Assembly (NCBI GenBank): GCA_029856525.1
Contig: JAHQXC010000047.1
Coordinates: forward strand, 1-10,510
DNA from: Candidatus Odinarchaeia archaeon
Lineage (GTDB): Archaea > Asgardarchaeota > Odinarchaeia > Odinarchaeales > Odinarchaeaceae
DNA: 10,510 nt
Reading direction: 5' to 3'
Positions 1-7,090 of the stretch are shown here, piece after piece. The position numbers were made by a program, and so were the translations under genes. Positions within the stretch are counted from its first letter, which is position 1. Each line of letters opens with the position of its first letter. The notes below the pieces were generated by a model, which was not told the DNA's origin, ran no database searches, and saw only the letters and a list, made by a program, of their open reading frames with translations.

Positions 1-627
1 GCTTCTGAAGAGGATTTAAGCCTCGTTCACACTAAAGCGCATATAGAGAGTGTTAAAGGAAGCCGCTTATATGAGATAGCTAGACTGGCTGCAGGCGGAG
101 CTATTAAAGCAGCTGAAATAGCTTATAGCGGTGAACCGGCTTTCGCCTTAATCCGACCGCCAGGTCATCACGCAGGCGCTGATTTCTACTGGGGGTTCTG
201 TTACTTTAACAATGTCGCTGTATCTGTTCAAAAACTTAGAAGAGAAGGTAAAGTGAAAAAAGCGTTAATAGTGGATTTCGACCTCCACTACGGTGATGGA
301 ACAGCGAATATATTTGTGAATGACCCTCAAGTCGCCTACTACCATCTTCTTCGAAGATCTAAAACACAGCAGCTTTACACCTTCTCAAAATATCTTTCAA
401 AAATAAAAGGCTATGATATTGTAGCTGTATCCGCGGGCTTCGACGCTCATGTAGAGGACTGGGGGCGCTGGCTTGAAACCGAAGATTACACTGAAATAGG
501 AAGTTTAATAAGAGACTTCGCTAAGCGTGAATGCCAGGGTAGAAGATACGCTGTTCTAGAAGGAGGATATAATAGAAAAGTGCTTGGTAGAAATGTTAAA
601 GCATTTATAGACGGCTTCAAAGATTAA
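1..627 (+). CDS. Histone deacetylase/AcuC-family Zn-dependent deacylase, 5'-truncated by the window edge (compact form)
   Basis: Frame +1 is open from base 1 (ASEEDLSLVHTKAHIESVKG...), so the 253..627 ORF call is only its C-terminal part. Family motifs: RPPGHHA (154-174), GFCYFNN, DFDLHYGDGT (Zn ligands D and H, 274-303), SAGFDAH (430-450), LEGGY (catalytic Tyr 568-570). TAA at 625-627. Confidence 0.93.
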   Translation, partial: ASEEDLSLVHTKAHIESVKGSRLYEIARLAAGGAIKAAEIAYSGEPAFALIRPPGHHAGADFYWGFCYFNNVAVSVQKLRREGKVKKALIVDFDLHYGDGTANIFVNDPQVAYYHLLRRSKTQQLYTFSKYLSKIKGYDIVAVSAGFDAHVEDWGRWLETEDYTEIGSLIRDFAKRECQGRRYAVLEGGYNRKVLGRNVKAFIDGFKD

Positions 628-681
628 ATTATAGATGACGCTTAACTTTACTATTATGAATTGAAAGAGGTGTTAATATTA

Positions 682-1752
682 ATGGAAGCAGGATGCGAGT
701 TACAACCTCAGCTTAGTTTTGAAAGCCCCGACTATGTTAGAACAAGTCTAGCCGCGGCTATGACTCTTAAACTTCTCCCAGGTCGTTTCTACAGAGGCGC
801 TAAATTATATTGTATTAACCTATTGCTTACATACTCTGAGGGCTGTGCGGCTAACTGCGCTTACTGCGGTCTTTCAAGAAGCCGCGGCGGTCAATGGGTT
901 GAAAACAGTTTTATCCGAGTTGACTGGCCTACATATCCTTTAACCGAGATCATCGATAGAATGATAAAATATAAGCGGAGTATTAGACGCGTCTGCGTTT
1001 CAATGATTACAAGGCCTAAAGCAGTACAGGACACGATAACCATAGTGAGAAGGATAAGAGATAAACTGGATACCCCGATATCAGCGCTTATCACCCCGAC
1101 TGTGATGAATAGAAGAGATCTCGAAGCACTAAAAGAATCAGGTTGCGATCATATTGGTGTAGCTATCGACGCGGCTACACCTGATCTCTTCGATAAATAT
1201 AGGGGTACCGGTGTTAAAGGCCCTCATAAATGGGATAAATACTGGGAGACTGTTAAACAGGCGGTTGAAGTCTACGGGGACGCGGTTGGAGTTCATTTAA
1301 TAGTAGGATTAGGGGAGACTGAAAAAGATATGATTGAAATAATTCAATACGCTCAAGACATAGGCGCATCCACGCATCTATTCTCATTTTACCCTGAAGA
1401 AAACAGTCAGATGTCTAACTATCAACCTCCACCGATAGAGCAGTATCGTAGAATTCAAATAGCCCGCTATTTAATAAACGAGAAGATTAAAACAATACAT
1501 GACATGAAGTTTACACCTGAGGGTAGACTTGAAGCCGTGAACATCAGCTTAGAGGAGTTTGAAAGAATTGTTGAAAGCGGGATACCTTTTATGACAAGCG
1601 GGTGTCCTGGAGTGAACGGGGAGGTTGCATGTAATAGACCCTACGCGAATGAGAAACCTGGAGAGGTAATTAGAAATTATCCGTTTAAACCAGGTAAAAC
1701 AGATATAAAACTTATAAGAAAACAGTTAAAACTTAAGGTTCAGAGCTGGTAA
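682..1752 (+). CDS. lipS2: Radical SAM protein, biotin-synthase-related family; LipS2-like lipoyl synthase subunit
   Basis: CAANCAYC (844-867) is the radical SAM CxxxCxxC. C-terminal TSGCPGVNGEVACNRP (1594-1641) resembles the TXGCPXC(N/D)RP auxiliary-cluster motif described for LipS2. ATG 682 is preferred over TTG 661 because GAGGTG (667-672) sits 9 nt upstream. Radical SAM call is strong; LipS2 assignment is from motif recall only. Confidence 0.7.
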   Translation: MEAGCELQPQLSFESPDYVRTSLAAAMTLKLLPGRFYRGAKLYCINLLLTYSEGCAANCAYCGLSRSRGGQWVENSFIRVDWPTYPLTEIIDRMIKYKRSIRRVCVSMITRPKAVQDTITIVRRIRDKLDTPISALITPTVMNRRDLEALKESGCDHIGVAIDAATPDLFDKYRGTGVKGPHKWDKYWETVKQAVEVYGDAVGVHLIVGLGETEKDMIEIIQYAQDIGASTHLFSFYPEENSQMSNYQPPPIEQYRRIQIARYLINEKIKTIHDMKFTPEGRLEAVNISLEEFERIVESGIPFMTSGCPGVNGEVACNRPYANEKPGEVIRNYPFKPGKTDIKLIRKQLKLKVQSW

Positions 1753-1753
1753 A

Positions 1754-2848
1754 TTGACGGTTAAAAAATACGATGCAGTTATAATAGGCGCCGGTCCAGC
1801 CGGCTGTGCAGCAGCTTTAAAACTAGCAGGTGAAGGGTTAAACGTAATCATATTAGAGAAAAAAACGCTACCCAGGGTGAAGGTCTGCGCTGGACTATTA
1901 CCGGAAGCTGCAATCAACGTTTTAGAAGAGTATTTAAACTTGAAAATACCTGAAACAGTTTTCGAACACCCTTCAACTGTAGGGCTCGTCTATATACCGC
2001 CTTCAGGTGTTAAAAACGCGGTTTTAAAGTTAAACTATAAGCTATATAATATAAACCGCGCTGTATTCGATAACTGGCTTGCCTCTGAAGCCGGAAATAA
2101 AGGTGTTAGAATCTTTCAAAACATGAGACCTGAAAGAATAATATTTAAGGATAATAGAATAATGTTAAAAACAAGCAGCGGAGTGATTTTTAATACAGGT
2201 TATTTAATAGGCTGCGACGGGGTTAAAAGCTGGGTTAGACGTCAACTACTTAATAAAGACCCTCCAACAGCGCCAGTATATCAGGAAGCATACTCTCTGA
2301 AGAAAGAATATGACGGTTTTGTTAAACCCTATTTTTATATTTTCCTGAACAGTCGAGTATGCAATCTCTACTCTTATATAATAATAAAAGGCGGGAGCGT
2401 GATACTCGGAGTAGGGGATTTCAACAATGGAAGAAATTCGAAGGAGATTATTAGTAAAATGATTAATTTTAAAAAACTTTTAACAGCTGAGATACCAGTG
2501 TTCAAGAAGCTATTAGAGAGTAAACCTTTAAGACAGTTATGGTTTATACCGTTCTTTCCACCTCAAATAGGGGCTAGAAACATTCTACTAGCAGGCGACG
2601 CAGCCGGGTTCGTTAACTCTTTCAGCGGTGAAGGTGTAAGACTTGCAGTTGAAAGCGGTTTTTACGCAGGTGAAGCTGTTAAAAAAAGCATTGAAAAAGG
2701 CGTGGAAGTATTAGAATACTATCGTAAACAGGTTCAACAGTTAATAGATTTCTGTAATAATATGCGTGATTATACTATTTCTCTAACCGAGGAGAAAAGG
2801 GAAAGCTATGTTAAAGAGCTTAAAAACGTAGTGAAAGCTGAGCTTTAA
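1754..2848 (+). CDS. FAD-dependent oxidoreductase, geranylgeranyl reductase-like family (possibly LipT-like)
   Basis: N-terminal GAGPAG dinucleotide-binding motif (1787-1804), KVCAG, RAVFD, GCDG, GDAAG...SGEG motifs typical of the GGR family. TTG start 1 nt after the radical SAM stop codon. Confidence 0.85.
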   Translation: MTVKKYDAVIIGAGPAGCAAALKLAGEGLNVIILEKKTLPRVKVCAGLLPEAAINVLEEYLNLKIPETVFEHPSTVGLVYIPPSGVKNAVLKLNYKLYNINRAVFDNWLASEAGNKGVRIFQNMRPERIIFKDNRIMLKTSSGVIFNTGYLIGCDGVKSWVRRQLLNKDPPTAPVYQEAYSLKKEYDGFVKPYFYIFLNSRVCNLYSYIIIKGGSVILGVGDFNNGRNSKEIISKMINFKKLLTAEIPVFKKLLESKPLRQLWFIPFFPPQIGARNILLAGDAAGFVNSFSGEGVRLAVESGFYAGEAVKKSIEKGVEVLEYYRKQVQQLIDFCNNMRDYTISLTEEKRESYVKELKNVVKAEL

Positions 2849-3012
2849 AATAGCATCTCATTCTGTAAATTTATGAAATCGGAAAGCTGTTAAGCTCCCG
2901 GCGCATAGATTTTAATCGCCACGTATACTGCTTAGTAATAATGGAATATTAATAATTATTCTCATGACGCTCGCTTAATAATTTCTTTGAATAGGTTTTA
3001 ACGTTTTTAATA

Positions 3013-3023
3013 TTTATATTATA
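3013..3023 (+). promoter_or_regulatory. Putative TATA box for the HTH regulator gene
   Basis: TTTATATTATA in a very AT-rich spacer about 50 nt upstream of ATG 3071; alternative TATA-like runs exist nearby. Confidence 0.35.
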
Positions 3024-3070
3024 GTTAATATCATAATTATTATAAAAAATCTTAGAATACGGGGTGTTAA

Positions 3071-3772
3071 ATGTCTCTCATAGAGAAGTTTAAAGCTTTA
3101 TCATGTGAAACCCGGTATAACATATATAATCTACTGCGACAGCGTCAAATGTCTATTGAAGAAATCGCTAAGCTAACTAATTTGAAACCTATAACAATCC
3201 GCCATCATATAAGCGAGTTAGAGCGGTCGGGTTTGGTCTGTAAAAGATTAAGTAGGCTTAGCTTAGTAGGGCGCCCACGCATTGTTTACGGAGTTAACTC
3301 TGATCTTTTAGAAACACCTTTAACAACAAGGAATTATGCTCTTCTACAGAGAATTTTTTTCACATCTCTCCACGACTTCTTTAAGGAGGCGGGTAAACTT
3401 TTAGAATTCTATAGTTTTATGGGCCGTCAACTAGTTCACACACTTCTATCAGGGTTTAACACTAGTGAATTCGCTGAATGGGGTTTAAAAGATTTTAAAG
3501 AGCGAATTTTCTTAGACCGTTTTCAAGAATACGCGCCGATGCCGGAGCTTGTCGAGGAGAACGAGGATTCTTTTACTATAAGATTATACACCTGCCCTTT
3601 CTTAGAGCATACTCTCCCATTCTTCGAATCTATCTGTAGAATTTTATCAGATATATATGTGGCTGAAATGACGAGGATCATAGGAGTTGTAGATATCTCT
3701 ATTATATGTAGGCGGAGCGTGGATAAACCTTTCTGCGAGTTTAAAGTTTCCTTGAAAAACCGGGCTCTATAA
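3071..3772 (+). CDS. ArsR-type winged-helix transcriptional regulator (COG2345/SufR-like) with Cys-containing C-terminal sensor domain
   Basis: N-terminal ALSCETRYNIYNLL...MSIEEIAKLTNLKPITIRHHISELERSGLV...GRPRIVY is an ArsR-like wHTH; RNY linker; C-terminal TCPF..C..C..C (C175, C189, C213, C222). SD GGGGTG at 3061-3066. Confidence 0.82.
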   Translation: MSLIEKFKALSCETRYNIYNLLRQRQMSIEEIAKLTNLKPITIRHHISELERSGLVCKRLSRLSLVGRPRIVYGVNSDLLETPLTTRNYALLQRIFFTSLHDFFKEAGKLLEFYSFMGRQLVHTLLSGFNTSEFAEWGLKDFKERIFLDRFQEYAPMPELVEENEDSFTIRLYTCPFLEHTLPFFESICRILSDIYVAEMTRIIGVVDISIICRRSVDKPFCEFKVSLKNRAL

Positions 3773-3786
3773 GAAAAACTTAAAAT
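3773..3786 (+). promoter_or_regulatory. Putative archaeal BRE/TATA promoter for nrdJ
   Basis: GAAAAA immediately followed by CTTAAAA(T), about 70 nt upstream of the ATG, leaving room for a leader carrying the GGAGGT SD. Confidence 0.45.
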
Positions 3787-3853
3787 GTACGCTCCACCAC
3801 ATTATAGGCTGAACAATTAATTACTTTTATTATACTAGTATTGGAGGTAAAAG

Positions 3854-6800
3854 ATGCCTATAACTAAGATTATAAAACGTGATGGTAGAGAAGTACCGTT
3901 CGATCAGTCTAAGATAACTAACGCAATATTTAAAGCAATGCAGGCTGTCGGCGAAGGCGACTATCTGTTAGCTCAAAAACTCTCAGATAAGGTTGTTGAA
4001 ATACTTGAAAAATCTTTTAAAACCAGGATCCCTCATGTTGAAGATGTTCAAGATATCGTCGAACTAGTCCTCATAGAAGAGGGGCAGGCTAAAACAGCTA
4101 AAGCTTATATCCTATACCGTCAGAAGAGGAAAGAGCTCCGCGAGGCTAAAATGCTTTTAGGTGTCACAGATGAGCTTAAACTTCCTTTAAACGCTGTTAA
4201 AGTATTAGCTAACAGGTATCTGCGTAAAGATGAAAACGGGCGGGTTATCGAATCTACAGCTCAGCTTTTCAGACGTGTAGCTAAAGCGATAGCTGAAGCT
4301 GATAGAATATACGATAAGGACGCGGATATAAAAGCTGTTGAAGAGAAATTCTATAATTTAATGACTAGCTTCCGTTTTCTACCAAACTCTCCGACTCTTA
4401 TGAACGCAGGCTTAGAGCTCGGTCAACTATCAGCATGCTTCGTGATCCCGATAGAAGACTCTATGGAGAGTATATTCGACGCTGTAAAATACACGGCGTT
4501 AATTCACCGCTCAGGAGGTGGAACAGGCTTCTCGTTTTCAAAGCTTCGACCTAAAGGGGATGTTGTGAAGTCCACAGGCGGAATCGCTTCAGGCCCCCTC
4601 TCCTTCATGAAGGTTTTCGACGCTACAACAGATGTTGTGAAGCAGGGTGGTAAACGCAGAGGCGCTAATATGGGTATACTGAGAGTAGACCACCCTGATA
4701 TTCTCGAATTTATCACAGCTAAGGAACGTAACGATGTTTTAAATAATTTTAATATTTCCGTGGCTATCACAGACGAGTTCATGGAGGCTGTGAAAAACGA
4801 TAAAGAATACCCGTTAATAAACCCTAGAACAGGTAAAGTTGTTAAAACTCTCCCAGCTAGAAAAGTATTCGATTTAATAGTTACAATGGCTTGGAAGAAC
4901 GGGGAGCCTGGAGTTGTTTTCATAGACCGCATAAACCAGTTTAACCCTACCCCGCATATAGGGAAAATAGAGAGCACGAATCCGTGTGTAACCTCAGACA
5001 CATGGATTATGACAGAACGGGGGCCGCTTCAAGTTAAAGATCTCCTGGGTAGAAAATTCAAAGCCGTCGTGAACGGTGAGAGATGGGAGACCTCTGAGGA
5101 GGGATTCTTCTCTAACGGATTTAAGCCAGTTTATAGATTGAAAACTATGGAAGGCTTCGAACTCCGTCTCACAGGAGATCATCCTGTTATGAAATTGGAG
5201 GAAACGGGAAGTCGTAGTGTTGAAGCAAGATGGGTGGCCGCGGAGAATCTAAAACCGGGGGATAGAGTTGTTTTAAACAATCATCGAAACCTTAACGGTT
5301 GGAGAGGAAAATATAGTAGAGGTGAAGGTTATATTATAGGACTGCTTTTAGGAAGCAGATTGCTTGCAAAAAATAATTTAACGCCTACCAAAGAAGGATG
5401 TGAGGGGGATCCGGGAATAACCGGGGTTTTAGCTTTTACATACTCAGGGGCTATCCCTCACAGCTTCAACTTCAACGGATTGGAAACTGGGGACCACGGT
5501 TATCAAATACTTTTTAACCGTTTAGAAAAGCTGGCTGCTAAGCTTAAACTGACGCCTGAAATGGACGCAATCACCCCGGAGATGGAGAAAGCTTCCTCCG
5601 ATTTTTGTACAGGTTTACTTCAAGGATTATTCGATGCAGCAGGCTCAGTGCACGCTGACCCGTCTAAAGGTGTTACCGTAAAATTAACTTTACCCAGCTT
5701 GGAAACCCTGAAGGCTGTTCAGCGTATTCTCTTAAGGCTTGGAGTGTTTTCGAAAATTTGCGTGGAACAGAGAAGCGAATACGGTTCGACGATATTGAAT
5801 GACATGGGTGAGATAGATGAAGGTTCGCGTAAACCTCGGTGTGAATTAACTATCTCCGGTGAAAGCATAGTTTATTTCTATGAGAGGATTAAATTTGGAA
5901 GTCTAGATAAAATGAGGAGGCTCGAAGAAGCTGTAGACTCCTATAGAAAAGAATCCGGCGGCGAGTTTTTCACAGCCACCGTGGATGAAGTAGCTCTAAG
6001 CGGTGTAGAGGAGGTGTTCGATGTTAAAATCCCCGGTGTGAACGCTTTCGACGCGAATGGTTTTTACGTTCATAACTGCGGTGAACAGCCTTTACTGCCT
6101 TTTGAAAGCTGTAATCTAGGGAGTATAAACCTATCTAAATTCGTTAAAGACGGTAAAATCGACTTTGAAGCTTTGAGGGAAACCGTCTGGGATGCCGTTC
6201 ACTTTCTAGATAACGTGATAGACGTTAACAAGTACCCGCTTCCGGAGATAGAGAAGATGACTAAAGGGAATCGTAAGATAGGGTTAGGTGTTATGGGATT
6301 CGCTGACATGTTAATCGAGTTGGGGATACCTTACAATAGCGAAGAAGCCTTACAGGTAGCTGAACAGGTTATGAAATTTATTAACGAGGAGGGTCATAAA
6401 GCTTCAAGAGCTTTAGCTGAGAAGCGTGGGGCGTTCCCGAATTTTAAAGGCAGCGTATACGATCAGAGAGGTGAACCTCCTATTCGAAACGCGACTGTGA
6501 CAACTATCGCTCCAACCGGTAGTATTAGTATCATAGCCGGTTGCAGTAGTGGTATTGAACCTATATTCGCGATAAGCTATATTCGCCGTGTTATGGAGGG
6601 AACTGAGCTTATTGAAATAAACCCTATTTTTGAAAGAATTGCAAGGCAGCGCGGCTTCTACTCTGATGAGCTTATGAAAGCGATCGCTAAACACGGTTCG
6701 ATACAAAGATTTCAGAATATACCTGAAGACGTGCGGCGTATATTCGTTACAGCTCACGATATTGAACCTATATGGCATGTGCGAATGCAAGCTGCTTTCC

Positions 6801-7090
6801 AGAAGTACACGGATAACGCGGTTTCGAAAACAGTTAATCTGCCTTTCAACGCTACACCCCACGACGTTGAGTTGATATTCTTTAAAGCTTATGAACTAGG
6901 CTGTAAAGGTATAACAGTTTACCGGGATAGAAGCCGGGAATCCCAGGTTCTCAACATCGAGCCTTTACCTGATGAAGTTTTTTCGCAAACCCAGAGAAAC
7001 TCAGAGAAATGCCCTACATGCGGCGGTGAACTAGTCAACCAGGAAGGCTGTGTTACATGCCCTAGCTGCGGTTACGGTAGGTGCGGTTAA
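3854..7090 (+). CDS. nrdJ: Class II (adenosylcobalamin-dependent) ribonucleotide reductase with N-terminal ATP-cone; intein-containing precursor (1078 aa, about 714 aa after splicing)
   Basis: ATP-cone ([23 protein letters not shown]), [35 protein letters not shown], split NP|CGEQPL active-site motif, [30 protein letters not shown], and a C-terminal CPTC...[14 protein letters not shown] zinc-ribbon/Cys tail. No NrdB in the window and a cobalamin adenosyltransferase directly downstream. SD GGAGGT at 3843-3848. Confidence 0.95.
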   Translation: MPITKIIKRDGREVPFDQSKITNAIFKAMQAVGEGDYLLAQKLSDKVVEILEKSFKTRIPHVEDVQDIVELVLIEEGQAKTAKAYILYRQKRKELREAKMLLGVTDELKLPLNAVKVLANRYLRKDENGRVIESTAQLFRRVAKAIAEADRIYDKDADIKAVEEKFYNLMTSFRFLPNSPTLMNAGLELGQLSACFVIPIEDSMESIFDAVKYTALIHRSGGGTGFSFSKLRPKGDVVKSTGGIASGPLSFMKVFDATTDVVKQGGKRRGANMGILRVDHPDILEFITAKERNDVLNNFNISVAITDEFMEAVKNDKEYPLINPRTGKVVKTLPARKVFDLIVTMAWKNGEPGVVFIDRINQFNPTPHIGKIESTNPCVTSDTWIMTERGPLQVKDLLGRKFKAVVNGERWETSEEGFFSNGFKPVYRLKTMEGFELRLTGDHPVMKLEETGSRSVEARWVAAENLKPGDRVVLNNHRNLNGWRGKYSRGEGYIIGLLLGSRLLAKNNLTPTKEGCEGDPGITGVLAFTYSGAIPHSFNFNGLETGDHGYQILFNRLEKLAAKLKLTPEMDAITPEMEKASSDFCTGLLQGLFDAAGSVHADPSKGVTVKLTLPSLETLKAVQRILLRLGVFSKICVEQRSEYGSTILNDMGEIDEGSRKPRCELTISGESIVYFYERIKFGSLDKMRRLEEAVDSYRKESGGEFFTATVDEVALSGVEEVFDVKIPGVNAFDANGFYVHNCGEQPLLPFESCNLGSINLSKFVKDGKIDFEALRETVWDAVHFLDNVIDVNKYPLPEIEKMTKGNRKIGLGVMGFADMLIELGIPYNSEEALQVAEQVMKFINEEGHKASRALAEKRGAFPNFKGSVYDQRGEPPIRNATVTTIAPTGSISIIAGCSSGIEPIFAISYIRRVMEGTELIEINPIFERIARQRGFYSDELMKAIAKHGSIQRFQNIPEDVRRIFVTAHDIEPIWHVRMQAAFQKYTDNAVSKTVNLPFNATPHDVELIFFKAYELGCKGITVYRDRSRESQVLNIEPLPDEVFSQTQRNSEKCPTCGGELVNQEGCVTCPSCGYGRCG
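4985..6076 (+). mobile_element. Intein (364 aa, residues C378-N741) in the RNR NP|C site, with a degenerate LAGLIDADG homing endonuclease domain
   Basis: Block [11 protein letters not shown], block [10 protein letters not shown] (TxxH), blocks [23 protein letters not shown] followed by C+1. Removing 4985-6076 restores [21 protein letters not shown]. Central LAGLIDADG-like helices GLLLGSR and GLFDAAG plus block [10 protein letters not shown]. Confidence 0.96.

Noticed and set aside
253-627. 124-aa ORF as a complete gene
   Set aside because: The frame is open to base 1 and the catalytic GHH motif lies upstream of 253, so GTG 253 is internal.
891-1094. 67-aa minus-strand ORF
   Set aside because: Entirely antisense to the radical SAM gene; no motifs; shadow ORF.
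682-1752. Biotin synthase BioB or classical lipoyl synthase LipA
   Set aside because: No LipA N-terminal CX4CX5C motif, and the C-terminal TSGCP..CNRP motif does not fit BioB; no bio genes nearby.
1726-1917. 63-aa minus-strand ORF
   Set aside because: Antisense to the radical SAM/GGR junction, both of which have strong family motifs.
3795-3809. Possible NrdR box upstream of nrdJ (CACCACATTATAGGC)
   Set aside because: Two mismatches at strongly conserved positions of the acaCwAtATaTwGtg consensus, poor flanks, single copy, and no nrdR in the window.
4504-5001. 165-aa minus-strand ORF
   Set aside because: Antisense to the conserved core of nrdJ; no recognisable domain.
4994-5182. 62-aa minus-strand ORF
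   Set aside because: Antisense to the intein N-terminal splicing domain; no motifs.
6413-6862. 149-aa minus-strand ORF
   Set aside because: Antisense to the conserved nrdJ C-extein; shadow ORF.
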